Below the pieces are notes generated by a model that was given only the letters and a program-made list of their open reading frames with translations, ran no database searches and was not told the DNA's origin. From a bacterium (lineage in GTDB: Bacteria > Zhuqueibacterota > Zhuqueibacteria > Residuimicrobiales > Krinioviventaceae), in assembly GCA_963693055.1 (NCBI GenBank), contig OY843751.1, positions 3,360,001 through 3,424,000 on the forward strand: DNA of 64,000 nucleotides, in the 5' to 3' direction. The position numbers and the translations under genes were made by a program. This document shows positions 18,976 to 29,549 of the stretch, piece by piece (the first letter of the stretch is position 1; the number at the start of each line of letters is the position of its first letter).

Positions 18976-20052
18976 TTACAATACACGATCAATAACACCG
19001 CCACCCAGCACCAGATCATCTTGATAAAAGACGGCTGACTGGCCGGGAGTAATTGCGCTTTGTGGTTCCGTGCAAATGACTTTGACTTTGCCATGCTCAA
19101 CAGGTTCAATCAATGCTTCAAATTCCTGCTGAGATGATCTGATTTTCATATTCACTCGAGTTGCGCTTTTTAGATCTGCAACCGCTATCCAGTTTAGCTG
19201 GTCTACCAAGAAAGAGTCATTAAATACATATTCACGCGGACCAACAACTACCTGATTACTGTGCGCGTCAATATTGATCACATAAAGTGGTTCTGATGAA
19301 GAAATGCCCAATCCTTTACGTTGTCCTATGGTATAATTCCAAACACCCTTGTGCTGTCCCAGCACTTTGCCATCTATATGTACAATATTTCCGGTTCTCT
19401 CACGAATATCGATCAGGTCGTTATAATCACCACTGTAAAAATCCTGACTGTCAGATTTATCATGCAATGAGATTTGGTTTTGTCGGGCTATCTTTCGTAC
19501 CTCTGTCTTTTCAAATTCGCCCAGGGGTAACAGCAGCTTTTGCAACTGCGGCTGAGTAAGGCGATACAGAAAATAAGTTTGATCTTTGGAAGAATCGACA
19601 GCCTTGAGTAATACATAACGACCGGAAGATTCCTGATAGTTTACTCTGGCATAATGCCCGGTGGCAAATTTATCAAAAGCTTCACCTGAATCCTGAATCA
19701 TTGTGGGCAAAACATCCAGCTTGATCTGTTGATTACACTGAATACAGGGATTCGGTGTTCGTCCTGCAAGATACTCTCGCTTGAAATAATCCAGCACAAT
19801 CTTTTTATAAGCCGTTGAACAATCATAAACCTGAAAAGGGATTTTTAGTTCGTTGCAAAGGACCCGTGCTTCATCAATATCATCCTGTTCTTCCGGGCCA
19901 AAGCAAGCGTGTTTACCGGTATGAGAAGTAACATTTGTAGAGTGGTTCCAAATGGCCATGGTAACGCCAAAAACATCGTGCCCCTGTTCTTTTAACATAT
20001 ATGCGGTAACAGCAGAATCTACTCCGCCGCTTAATCCTACAGCTATTTTCAT
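18976..20052 (-). CDS. mnmA: tRNA-specific 2-thiouridylase MnmA
   Basis: SGGVDS PP-loop, TPNPCIQCN, ATGHYAR, KDQTYFL, YTIGQRKGLG and TPGQSAVFY. Start set at the ATG of MKIAVG. The usual DSQDIC Cys appears as DSQDFY. Confidence 0.92.
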   Translation of the reverse strand: MKIAVGLSGGVDSAVTAYMLKEQGHDVFGVTMAIWNHSTNVTSHTGKHACFGPEEQDDIDEARVLCNELKIPFQVYDCSTAYKKIVLDYFKREYLAGRTPNPCIQCNQQIKLDVLPTMIQDSGEAFDKFATGHYARVNYQESSGRYVLLKAVDSSKDQTYFLYRLTQPQLQKLLLPLGEFEKTEVRKIARQNQISLHDKSDSQDFYSGDYNDLIDIRERTGNIVHIDGKVLGQHKGVWNYTIGQRKGLGISSSEPLYVINIDAHSNQVVVGPREYVFNDSFLVDQLNWIAVADLKSATRVNMKIRSSQQEFEALIEPVEHGKVKVICTEPQSAITPGQSAVFYQDDLVLGGGVIDRVL

Positions 20053-20121
20053 GAGTTTTCCATAGATAAAACAACAATTTGGAAAATAAAACAAATATTG
20101 GCAGGAAAAATTCCGGAGAAA

Positions 20122-20865
20122 CTAAAAAACGCCGAGTAGTTTAGCGGACATGATCAGAATGGCTACCAGTAAAACAATACGAACAACCTTTTCACCTTTT
20201 TTCACAGCTACCTTGGCAGAAAACCAGGCACCGGTTGCATTACCGGCAGCAAGGGCAAGACCATATTCCCACCTCACATTACCTGTCAGAATGAATACTG
20301 CAAGCGCGGGTATGGTATAGAAAAATATTACAAAAACTTTATGCATATTGACTTTGACCAGATCAATCTTTAATATATTTTGCAGTGCTGCCATTAAAAT
20401 AAATCCAACGCCTACCTGTATAAAACCACCGTAAAATCCAATTCCAACCATAGCGGGATAAATGAGCCAGGCATTTTTAGGGTTTTCCGAGAATTTTATT
20501 TTTTTCTTGGGAAGCACAATGGTTATCATAATACCAATCATAACAATACCCAAAATCTTGTGGAACAATGCGTTGTTAATATGCACAGCCAGAAAAGCAC
20601 CCAAAATAGCACCGGGAAGCGCGAACAAAGACATTACAGTACTGTGTCTGAATGAATGGACTTTTTCCTGACGGAAGGATAAAATTGCGGATATATTTTG
20701 GATAAAAATTGCTACACGATTTGTGCCATTTGCAAGTGCACCATCAAGCCCTAAAAATATTAACAATGGCAAAATAATGGCTGAACCACCACCTGCCATA
20801 ACATTCATAAAACCGGTAAATACACCTGTTGTATAAAGCAATAATATCTTTGGTATTTCATGCAT
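20122..20865 (-). CDS. Sulfite exporter TauE/SafE family membrane protein
   Basis: AGGGS, ANGTNR and GFYGGFIQVGVG motifs, about 8 TM helices. Confidence 0.88.
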   Translation of the reverse strand: MHEIPKILLLYTTGVFTGFMNVMAGGGSAIILPLLIFLGLDGALANGTNRVAIFIQNISAILSFRQEKVHSFRHSTVMSLFALPGAILGAFLAVHINNALFHKILGIVMIGIMITIVLPKKKIKFSENPKNAWLIYPAMVGIGFYGGFIQVGVGFILMAALQNILKIDLVKVNMHKVFVIFFYTIPALAVFILTGNVRWEYGLALAAGNATGAWFSAKVAVKKGEKVVRIVLLVAILIMSAKLLGVF

Positions 20866-21010
20866 AACTTTATCCTAAAGAAAAAATAATATACTGAATT
20901 AAAATAAAAAAATCCAGTTTGAAAAATTGGTCAAATTCACTTGCAATTCTGCACACATTTTGATATTTTTGAATATAGGCCACGTAGTATTTTACAGGAC
21001 ATCAAACAGA

Positions 21011-21853
21011 ATGAAAACAACCCATTTCCTATTAATGCTTTTATTGGGGACAAGCATTAGTATATTCGCTTTACCCGCAAAAAAATCATTAAACGGATGG
21101 GAACAGACACAACCGGAAACAGTTTATACAACCAATCTACACGAACACATAAACGGACAATCTCCCCTCTATTATGAACTGGGTTTTGATTCATTATTTG
21201 TATTGCAATTTAAAAAAAAGAATTCCGAATTAGAGTTGAATATCTATAAAATGCAATCACCAGAATCAGCAATGGCCATATATCTGGTATCAGCAGGTAA
21301 CGAAATTCCATCTGACGTGTTTCAGGAAAGAAACAGTGTAAATCCCTACCAGTTAAATCTGGTCAAGGGGAGTTATTATTTTCAGATCAACATGTATAAT
21401 AGCGATGCATCTACTCTCAAAGACATTCGCACTATAATTTCACCTATATTATCCAAAATTAAAAAACAAAATATTGTTCTTTTAAACCGATTGCCTCAAA
21501 ATGGTCTTGTTAAAGGATCAGAACGCATTGCCAGGGGCATGTATTCCATGCGAAATATTTATTATTTTGGTAAAGGTGACCCCCTGATGTTAGATGGGAA
21601 TATATTTGCGGTTGCAGGCGAATATGATGATGGTAACAAAAAATATACCCAACTGATTATCGAGTATCCTGATATTGTTCAGGCAAAAACAGTATTTGAC
21701 AGTTTAAATTCTGATACAAATAAATATTGGAAGATAGTGTTAAAGCAAAACAACAAAATGGTTTTTAAAGATATTTACAATCATTTTGGTAAAGTTCTGT
21801 TATCCCAAAACAAAATTACGATCAACACAAAACTGGAGAATATTCCAAATTGA
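21011..21853 (+). CDS. Secreted conserved protein (DUF6599-like)
   Basis: Signal peptide, NLHEHINGQSPLYYELGF, IYKMQSPESAMAIY and KGSYY. Start set at ATG 21011. Confidence 0.55.
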   Translation: MKTTHFLLMLLLGTSISIFALPAKKSLNGWEQTQPETVYTTNLHEHINGQSPLYYELGFDSLFVLQFKKKNSELELNIYKMQSPESAMAIYLVSAGNEIPSDVFQERNSVNPYQLNLVKGSYYFQINMYNSDASTLKDIRTIISPILSKIKKQNIVLLNRLPQNGLVKGSERIARGMYSMRNIYYFGKGDPLMLDGNIFAVAGEYDDGNKKYTQLIIEYPDIVQAKTVFDSLNSDTNKYWKIVLKQNNKMVFKDIYNHFGKVLLSQNKITINTKLENIPN

Positions 21854-24558
21854 AGATCAAACTTTTTATCCTGATGACTGTGTTATCAAGTCAAATTCTT
21901 GCAGCCAGTCCCAATATCACGGCTGAAAATCGTCCCTGGACCCGTTGGTGGTGGCCGGCGAGTGCGGTAGATTCAGCCGGTATTACTTTTCAGATGGAAT
22001 CGTTTCATCAAGCAGGTATGGGCGGAGTAGAGATTACACCTATTTACGGCGCAAAAGGCTATGAAGACCGTTTTATCGACTTTTTATCACCTCAATGGGT
22101 GGATATGCTGCAATTCACACTGGACGAGGCAGACCGTCTTGGTTTGCAAGTGGATATGAACAACGGTACAGGCTGGCCTTTTGGTGGCCCACAGATCACT
22201 CCTGAACTGGCGGCCTGTAAAGTTGAGATTGTAGAGCTGCCGGCTGACTCTGTGCTGCTGTCCCCTCAAAAGCTATTGGGAGTTATAGTTCATGACAAAA
22301 AAAACAAGATCATCACTACAGATTTTAAAAAGTCTTTATCAAAACTTGAAACCCAAAAAGTTACTGCTATCTATGAAGGCAGAACTCGTCAAAAAGTAAA
22401 ACGGTCAGCTCCCGGTGGTGAAGGCTGGGTAATGGACCATTACTCCACTCTGGCAACAGATACATATCTTGACCGGTTCAGTGAAACAATTCCGGTAGAG
22501 GTCATGTCACGCGTTCGTACCATTTTTAATGACTCGTATGAAGTGTATGGTGCCAACTGGACCCCGGACATGTTTGCTGAATTTGAAAAACGTCGCGGTT
22601 ACAAATTACAAGACCATCTGGATGCTTTGGCAGGTCTTGGAGATGAGGACACCATTGCACGTGTCAAATCCGATTATCGTGAAACCATTGGTGATTTGCT
22701 ATTAGAACATTTCACCCAACGCTGGACGAATTGGGCGCATGAACAGGGTACGTTGACACGCAACCAGGCCCATGGCTCTCCCGGAAACCTGCTTGATCTT
22801 TACGCAACAGTGGATATTCCAGAGACTGAGATTTTCGGCCCCACACGCACTCATGTACAAAATCTGAAAATTGATCCTGATTTTCCAACCGAGGGACGTA
22901 TTCCCCCCGATATGTTTATGATGAAATTTGCTTCTTCAGCAGCAAACATAACCGGTAAAAAACTGACATCCTCAGAGTCTTTTACCTGGCTGGGCGAACA
23001 TTTTAAAACCGCACTTTCTCAATGTAAACCCGAGATAGACCACATGTTTATCAGCGGTATTAACCACATCCTGTTTCATGGGACGTGTTATTCTCCGCAA
23101 GATGCCCCCTGGCCCGGTTGGTTGTTTTACGCATCCGTTCAGTTTGGGCCTGAAAATTCAATCTGGCAAGATTTGCCTGCAATGACCGAATATATAACCA
23201 ACTGTCAAAACATGTTGCAAAACTCTACGCACACCAACGATGTTTTGATATACTGGCCCATTTATGACATCTATTATGATACGGAAGGGCTCATGAAAAC
23301 TTTTACCGTACATGGTATTGATGAATGGCTCTATCCTACTGATTTTTACCAGACCGCAAAATTGCTACACCAGAATGGTATTGCGTTTGATTATATTTCA
23401 GACCATTTGCTAGAATCAGTTAATGTTAAAGACGGACAGTTGATGACAGCCGGTGGCCCTTATAAAACCATCATTGTACCGGAAACACGATTCATGCCGG
23501 TCTCTACACTAGAAAAGCTCTACTCTCTTGCAGAAAATGGTGCAACTGTGTTGTTTCATCATCAGTATCCTCAAGATGTGCCCGGATTCAATGATCTGAA
23601 AAATCGCAGAAAAAGCTTGAAACAATGTGCAGACAAGGGAGCAAAAATAACAGGCAATCGTTTTGCCGTAACCGATCATATCCTCCCCGATCTTGACAGA
23701 TTAAACGTCAACAAAGAAAGCCTGGCAGATTCAGGGCTGGTATATATAAAAAAGAATTATAATGATAAACCCTTTTATTTTGTCAGCAATTTGACATCAA
23801 AACCGGTTAACGGGTGGATACCCTTTAATGTTAAATCCGAATCTGTTTGGGTATGGTTGTGGAAACCTATCCAGAACCATCTGGGCAAAGGTCAAATCGT
23901 TCAAATAAATGATTCTGAATCAATGGTCTATTTACAAATTGAATCCGGTGAATCCGTTCTCTTGTTGTTTGATTTTGAACTACCGCAGGAATTTAAAAAC
24001 CTGCGCAAAGGTGACAATCCTGTTCTGCTGACAGGTCCGTGGGACCTTGAATTTACCAAGGGCGGTCCGGAATTACCCGGCTCTGCCACAATAAAATCTC
24101 TAAAATCATGGACAGCTTTGGATGACAAGGAATGTCAACGCTTTGCAGGTACGGGCAAATACATAACCACCTTTGACAAACCGAAAATTCAGGCAGACGA
24201 GTGGCAACTGGACCTGGGTAAAGTCTGTGAAAGCGCCAAAATCCGTATAAATGGCAAAGATCTGGGTACGGTATGGTGCCTGCCCTTTAACCTCACATTT
24301 CCGGCCACATTACTAAAAGACAAAGGCAATACACTTGAAATTGAGGTTACCAACCTTTCCGCAAACCGTATCAAAGATCTGGAACAACGGGGTGTTGAAT
24401 GGAAACGCTTTTACGAGATCAACTTTGTGAATATCAATTATAAACCGTTTGATGCCTCTGCTTGGGAGCTGGTACCATCTGGACTTTTAGGGCCTGTTCA
24501 GCTTGTACCAATGCATTATTTTAAACCGGACGTACATTTGATCAAAAAATCGGAGTAA
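21850..24558 (+). CDS. Glycoside hydrolase family 106 (alpha-L-rhamnosidase-like)
   Basis: RPWTRWWW, GMGGVEITPIYG, GTGWPFGGP, FNDSYEV, QAHGSPG and a C-terminal LDLGKV...LEIEVTN...SGLLGPV beta-sandwich. Confidence 0.85.
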   Translation: MKIKLFILMTVLSSQILAASPNITAENRPWTRWWWPASAVDSAGITFQMESFHQAGMGGVEITPIYGAKGYEDRFIDFLSPQWVDMLQFTLDEADRLGLQVDMNNGTGWPFGGPQITPELAACKVEIVELPADSVLLSPQKLLGVIVHDKKNKIITTDFKKSLSKLETQKVTAIYEGRTRQKVKRSAPGGEGWVMDHYSTLATDTYLDRFSETIPVEVMSRVRTIFNDSYEVYGANWTPDMFAEFEKRRGYKLQDHLDALAGLGDEDTIARVKSDYRETIGDLLLEHFTQRWTNWAHEQGTLTRNQAHGSPGNLLDLYATVDIPETEIFGPTRTHVQNLKIDPDFPTEGRIPPDMFMMKFASSAANITGKKLTSSESFTWLGEHFKTALSQCKPEIDHMFISGINHILFHGTCYSPQDAPWPGWLFYASVQFGPENSIWQDLPAMTEYITNCQNMLQNSTHTNDVLIYWPIYDIYYDTEGLMKTFTVHGIDEWLYPTDFYQTAKLLHQNGIAFDYISDHLLESVNVKDGQLMTAGGPYKTIIVPETRFMPVSTLEKLYSLAENGATVLFHHQYPQDVPGFNDLKNRRKSLKQCADKGAKITGNRFAVTDHILPDLDRLNVNKESLADSGLVYIKKNYNDKPFYFVSNLTSKPVNGWIPFNVKSESVWVWLWKPIQNHLGKGQIVQINDSESMVYLQIESGESVLLLFDFELPQEFKNLRKGDNPVLLTGPWDLEFTKGGPELPGSATIKSLKSWTALDDKECQRFAGTGKYITTFDKPKIQADEWQLDLGKVCESAKIRINGKDLGTVWCLPFNLTFPATLLKDKGNTLEIEVTNLSANRIKDLEQRGVEWKRFYEINFVNINYKPFDASAWELVPSGLLGPVQLVPMHYFKPDVHLIKKSE

Positions 24559-24561
24559 TAA

Positions 24562-26160
24562 ATGAACAAGAAAATCAATCGTCGTCAATTTATATCCCGA
24601 ACAGCAACAGGAATCGGTGCAATAACTGCGGGTAGTGTATTTAGCAGTTTAAGCTGCACCAAAACCACCAAACGACCCAACATACTTTTAGTTATGGTGG
24701 ATGATATGGGTTATTCGGATCTGGGCTGCTTTGGCTCTGAGATAGATACCCCAAATGTAAACAACCTAGCCAATAACGGCATACGCTTTACCCGGTTTTA
24801 TAATGCTTCCCGCTGCTGCCCTACCCGGGCATCACTCATGACTGGCCTTTATCCACACGAGGCTGGAATTGGTGATATGGTGGGTTCAAAATATAACATG
24901 CCCTCATACCAGGGTTATCTGAATGACGAATCTGTTACCATAGCAGAAGTTATGAAATCTGCCGGATACACAACTCTCATGTCCGGTAAATGGCATGTGG
25001 GTGAACATAAACCACACTGGCCCTGTGACCGTGGATTTGATCGCTACTTTGGTCTCATCAGCGGAGCAGCCAATTACTGGGATATTACCAAAGGCAAAGC
25101 CCCAAATGTAAATCGTCAAATGGCACTGAATAATGATCCATGGACTCCCCCGAAAGAGGGATTTTACATGACCGATGCCATTACCGACCATGCAGTTGAA
25201 TTTTTAAATGAAAATATTTCAGATACCAAACCTTTTTTCATGTACCTTGCCTTTACTGCTCCACACTGGCCACTGCATGCATGGCCCCAGGATATTGCCA
25301 AATACAAAGGTAAATATATGATGGGCTGGGATGAACTCCGGCGCATTCGCTATAAACGTATGGTAGAAATGGGTATCATTGATGAAAAATGGGACCTGAG
25401 TCCGCGTGACCCTCAAGCCATGGCCTGGGAAGAAGTCAAAGATAAAGAGCTGATGGATTCAAAAATGGCAACCTATGCCGCTATGCTGGACCGTATGGAC
25501 CAGAACCTGGGCAGAGTTTTAAATACAATCAAAGAAAAAGGCCAGGAAGAGAACACATTGATCATGTTCCTGTCCGATAACGGTGCCTGCCATGAGAGTG
25601 GTCCATTGGGATTTGACCGTAGAGACAATGGCCTGCCGGTAGGTGGTGTGGATTCGTACATGAGTTATGGGTTAAGCTGGTCTAATGCCGGTAACACCCC
25701 CTTTCGTATGCATAAACACTGGGTGCACGAAGGCGGAATTTCAACACCCTTTATCGCCAAGTGGCCTGCTGTGATCAAAAATACCGGTGGATTAAATACC
25801 GAGACCGGCCACATAGTGGATGTAATGGCAACCTGTGTAGATGTTGCGGGTGCAGACTATCCCGAAATATACAATGGTAAATCCATCAAACCCATGCGTG
25901 GTAAAAGTCTGGTACCTGTATTTAAAGCCGGAGAACGTAACGGACACGAATATTTATTCTGGGAACATGAAGGTAACAAGGCCGTTCGTCATGGCAATTG
26001 GAAACTGGTATCCAAAGATAATGATGAATGGGAATTGTACGATCTTGAACTGGACCGCAGCGAGCTGAACAATCTGGCCAAATCTAAACCTGATCAAGTT
26101 GAGCAATTGATTGCCAAATGGACAGAATGGGCCAAAGAAGTGGGCGTATATCTGGGATAA
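24562..26160 (+). CDS. Cys-type arylsulfatase (S1 family) with Tat/lipoprotein signal
   Basis: NRRQF signal, lipobox-like SLSC, RPNILLVMVDDMG, CCPTRASLMTG (CxPxR), GKWH and SDNG. Confidence 0.93.
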   Translation: MNKKINRRQFISRTATGIGAITAGSVFSSLSCTKTTKRPNILLVMVDDMGYSDLGCFGSEIDTPNVNNLANNGIRFTRFYNASRCCPTRASLMTGLYPHEAGIGDMVGSKYNMPSYQGYLNDESVTIAEVMKSAGYTTLMSGKWHVGEHKPHWPCDRGFDRYFGLISGAANYWDITKGKAPNVNRQMALNNDPWTPPKEGFYMTDAITDHAVEFLNENISDTKPFFMYLAFTAPHWPLHAWPQDIAKYKGKYMMGWDELRRIRYKRMVEMGIIDEKWDLSPRDPQAMAWEEVKDKELMDSKMATYAAMLDRMDQNLGRVLNTIKEKGQEENTLIMFLSDNGACHESGPLGFDRRDNGLPVGGVDSYMSYGLSWSNAGNTPFRMHKHWVHEGGISTPFIAKWPAVIKNTGGLNTETGHIVDVMATCVDVAGADYPEIYNGKSIKPMRGKSLVPVFKAGERNGHEYLFWEHEGNKAVRHGNWKLVSKDNDEWELYDLELDRSELNNLAKSKPDQVEQLIAKWTEWAKEVGVYLG

Positions 26161-26209
26161 ATTATGATGCTTGAGCGGTCACATGTCACTCAAGCTTTTG
26201 GAGAATATT

Positions 26210-26698
26210 ATGAAAAAAACATGGTTCTTGTTCCTCTTACTAACTATTGTAATATCCGGTTGTGAAAAAATGGATGAAAAATCCACAACTGCATCAGAAT
26301 CAGAAACAGTAACGACCAAAGATCAAACCCCTTCCGAGATTATCATTTCAAAAGAACTGGAAGCTCTTACTCGCTGGAGTCATGGTGATCCATCCGGATA
26401 TATTGATATTGCAGCAGATGATATCACCTATTATGCCGAAGGTTGCGATACATTGATCATAGGGATCAAGGATTTCACAACCGTGAATGCCGCACTTGAA
26501 GGCAAGGTAAACATTCCCCATCTAGAGTTGAAAAATCCCAAGGTTGAAATGTATGGTAATGTTGGCATATTTACTTTTGTACTGCACAATTTCAATGATG
26601 AACGGGAACTCACCTCTCGCTGGAAAACAACCGAAGTTTACGAAAAAATCGATAACGATTGGAAGCTGGTACATTCCCACTGGTCACTTTTAAGATAG
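26210..26698 (+). CDS. NTF2/SnoaL-like (DUF4440) lipoprotein
   Basis: Lipobox ISGC, C-terminal TEVYEKIDNDWKLVHSHWS, GGAG SD before ATG 26210. Confidence 0.75.
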   Translation: MKKTWFLFLLLTIVISGCEKMDEKSTTASESETVTTKDQTPSEIIISKELEALTRWSHGDPSGYIDIAADDITYYAEGCDTLIIGIKDFTTVNAALEGKVNIPHLELKNPKVEMYGNVGIFTFVLHNFNDERELTSRWKTTEVYEKIDNDWKLVHSHWSLLR

Positions 26699-26730
26699 AT
26701 GCACAAACGCTGAATTGGAATTTAATTTAA

Positions 26731-26765
26731 AAAAATCCCGAGGAATTAGATTTCTCGGGATTTTT
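26731..26765 (+). terminator. Intrinsic terminator
   Basis: AAAAATCCCGAGGAAT...TTTCTCGGGATTTTT. Confidence 0.8.
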
Positions 26766-26886
26766 CATTTCTGGTTCTTAAACTCTACCTTGTTTTCTAA
26801 ATACAATCTCGTTCCAGTGCAAAGCCCATGAACGATAAGTAAAACTTTTAGCCATTCTGTTTGTTTGTATTAGCGTTGAAAAAAGA

Positions 26887-26923
26887 ATCTGCCTTGTCCG
26901 CAATCAAATCGTACAAGGCAGAT
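26887..26923 (-). terminator. Intrinsic terminator of the FGE-PL11 gene
   Basis: ATCTGCCTTGT...ACAAGGCAGAT stem followed on the minus strand by TCTTTTTT. Confidence 0.65.
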
Positions 26924-26944
26924 ATGATAAAAATTATAAACGGT

Positions 26945-29344
26945 CTATTTTTTTGCTTTAATCAATGGCTGATCATAAATTGAAGGATAACCGCCACCCA
27001 TGTTGCGGGCCAACCAGAGTCGGTAATCCAGAGAGGTGGTAGCGGTTAAATATTTTTTGGTGATAGGAGTTACCGCAGTAACCACAGCTACAGCGGGGCC
27101 ATCTTTATCGTTTACAATGAGTACGAGTTCGTCCCGGAAATCGCCATATAAATCAGCGGTCATTCTTAATCCGCTATGAGGCACAGGATTAGGGACCTCA
27201 CCCTCCACCGTTACTACTTTATCACCATCATAATTGCCTATTACCCTGCCACTGCCACTCAGCAGTTCGCGGGTATCATCTCCATCCCATTCAAAAGGAA
27301 GATAGCCAAAAGGTTGAGCTTTTTTTAACAAACGGCCGTCAGCAGAAAACATTGCTAATTTAGCGTCACCATGACCGGTACGGGTACACAGACATTCCAT
27401 ACCTGGTGAGCCGTCCCAAATATCTGCCGCCCAGCCGTTATGACCATGCGACCAACGTGGATCGTCTTCCTTGTTCTCTTTCCAAATGATCTCGCCGGTA
27501 CTGGCATCGCACATGTATGTTCCGGCATTGATATTGTCTTCAATCAGGTACCACACTTCAAGACCGGGACGATCCGGTAAAAAGTCGAGTATCTTGACCT
27601 TGTCCGCATGCCGTTTATAGATAGACCATCGCAGTGTACCGTCAGAATTGAGACAGGTGGTACCATCAAACACTTCTTGCTTTCCATCACCGTCCACATC
27701 ACACACTTCAATTTTGTGCCCACCGCTGCCGTTGGTAGCGCCGGTGCTTTTATATTCCCACAGCTTTTTCAAATTATGATCAAAAGCTGTAAGGACTTCA
27801 TTTTCATAGAGTCCGGTTTGGGTTATCACTGCTGGGTGAACACCATCAAGATAACCGATTGATAATTGAATACGGGTAGATGACCGGTAAATATCAGATA
27901 TCATTTCGGGCCAGAGATTTTTAGCTTTGAGCTTGCCGGTCATTCCGTCAAGAATTGTGACATAGACCTCATCGCCAATCTGCATGCGGCAAATGACTTC
28001 GGCCTTGCCGTCACCATCCATATCCCAGACATTAAAAGGTACATTGCTTGCACTGCCCCAACAATGGTCATGCCAGCAAACATCTTTGCACCATAAAGAT
28101 CGACCATAAGAGGTAAAAGCTTCTATCTGTACAGGTACTTTGGGATTCTGTGATTGTTCATGATTGCCGTTATACATCTTTATTACACAATCCATAACAC
28201 CATCGCCATCCAGATCTCCAAAAATGGGAACAATCTGGTCCTTGGTAATGGGTTTGAAACGTGTAACAATAGGCAAATATGTTTCCTGATCAACAACTTT
28301 AATATCGGTCCAATCCGATCGTTTACCTTCCTTCTCTTTGCTGTTTACCGAACGAACATAATAGTGATAATGTTTTCCGGGACTCACATCGTCATCGATA
28401 AAGCAGGTACCATCTTTGACCGGCGATTTTGTGATGCGGAACCCGTCATGCCGCCGGGAATCACTGCGATAAACGTGAAAACCGTCCCCTTGTTTGTCTG
28501 TTTCAAGAAGCGCCCACGAAAGAAAGACACTTGAAGGGCCGGTTTGAACAACACAGGATTTACGCGGCAAGATCGTCCAGTCTCCGGGATTCGGTTCACG
28601 TACCGGACGAAAGCCTTTATCCGGACTCTTGATGCCCTGTATTGAGCTATCTGTTCCACCGCAGTGCAGATAAATTTCGCCAACAGCCCAGGATCCGCCA
28701 GCTAATCCTTCTTCAAGACATCGAGGATCAATTACACGATATTTAAATCGAATTGCAGAAGCGTCATTCCGGTCGTCTACTCCCTGCCATACATTTCCCA
28801 TAATATGGTACAAGCCATAACCGTTTTGGTAACCCGATTTAGCAGGTTGAAGCCATTTTTCCCAATCGGGATAGTTGCGTTTGTGATCATGGTTGTAATT
28901 GGCAAATTTGGGTGATGCCTTGTCACCCCAGGGGAAAAGCTTGTCTACTAGCCCCCCTCTGGATGCCCATTCAAACTCGGCTGTTGTGGGAAGACGATAC
29001 AAACGGCCCTCTTTGGCAGAACGCCAGTCAAGATAGGCCAGCATGTCGTAACGGTTGACATAAATAACGGGGTAATCTTTTTTGCCATTGGGGATTTCAC
29101 CGTTTTCCCAGTACTCGGGTACCGGGTAGCCAGTGTCATCGGTAAACGCTTTATACTCGGCATTGGTAATTGTGTGATCCAGAATCTCAAAGTCATCTAC
29201 CCTGACCTGTTGACGGGATTTGTACAAAATACTACCGCTTTTAAACTCGGCACCTTTAATAAGCACAAAGCCATCATCAGCCATAACAGCACTAACAAGG
29301 AAAAGCAGAAAAACCATACTCGTGTAGAATCTTGCTTTCAACAT
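26945..29344 (-). CDS. Secreted fusion of an FGE-sulfatase (SUMF1)-like domain and a rhamnogalacturonan lyase PL11 (YesW/YesX-like) domain
   Basis: N-terminal ITNAEYKAF, RLPTTAEFEWASRGG, NGYGLYHIMGNVWQ and GFR. Then VFLSWALL..FHVYR, GDLDGDG, WDMDGDGKAEV, DVDGDGKQE and ADLYGDFRDE. Confidence 0.78.
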   Translation of the reverse strand: MLKARFYTSMVFLLFLVSAVMADDGFVLIKGAEFKSGSILYKSRQQVRVDDFEILDHTITNAEYKAFTDDTGYPVPEYWENGEIPNGKKDYPVIYVNRYDMLAYLDWRSAKEGRLYRLPTTAEFEWASRGGLVDKLFPWGDKASPKFANYNHDHKRNYPDWEKWLQPAKSGYQNGYGLYHIMGNVWQGVDDRNDASAIRFKYRVIDPRCLEEGLAGGSWAVGEIYLHCGGTDSSIQGIKSPDKGFRPVREPNPGDWTILPRKSCVVQTGPSSVFLSWALLETDKQGDGFHVYRSDSRRHDGFRITKSPVKDGTCFIDDDVSPGKHYHYYVRSVNSKEKEGKRSDWTDIKVVDQETYLPIVTRFKPITKDQIVPIFGDLDGDGVMDCVIKMYNGNHEQSQNPKVPVQIEAFTSYGRSLWCKDVCWHDHCWGSASNVPFNVWDMDGDGKAEVICRMQIGDEVYVTILDGMTGKLKAKNLWPEMISDIYRSSTRIQLSIGYLDGVHPAVITQTGLYENEVLTAFDHNLKKLWEYKSTGATNGSGGHKIEVCDVDGDGKQEVFDGTTCLNSDGTLRWSIYKRHADKVKILDFLPDRPGLEVWYLIEDNINAGTYMCDASTGEIIWKENKEDDPRWSHGHNGWAADIWDGSPGMECLCTRTGHGDAKLAMFSADGRLLKKAQPFGYLPFEWDGDDTRELLSGSGRVIGNYDGDKVVTVEGEVPNPVPHSGLRMTADLYGDFRDELVLIVNDKDGPAVAVVTAVTPITKKYLTATTSLDYRLWLARNMGGGYPSIYDQPLIKAKK

Positions 29345-29549
29345 GGACTCCTTTTAATAAAAAGTGATAATAAAACTGGGGTGGCTGTCAATTAACACAA
29401 TGTATTGTTCGTTATTATCTAAATAAAAAACTAATAATTGACAATAAAAAGTACAAAATTGTAAACTCGAAAAAAAAGAATATTGTTATGATCAAAATTC
29501 AAACCACAATTTAATTCACATGTAATGCCAGGAAATTAGAATAAGGGAA

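Noticed and set aside
26945-29344. Active formylglycine-generating enzyme for the neighbouring sulfatase
   Set aside because: The catalytic Cys pair is missing, and the domain is part of a secreted lyase-like fusion.
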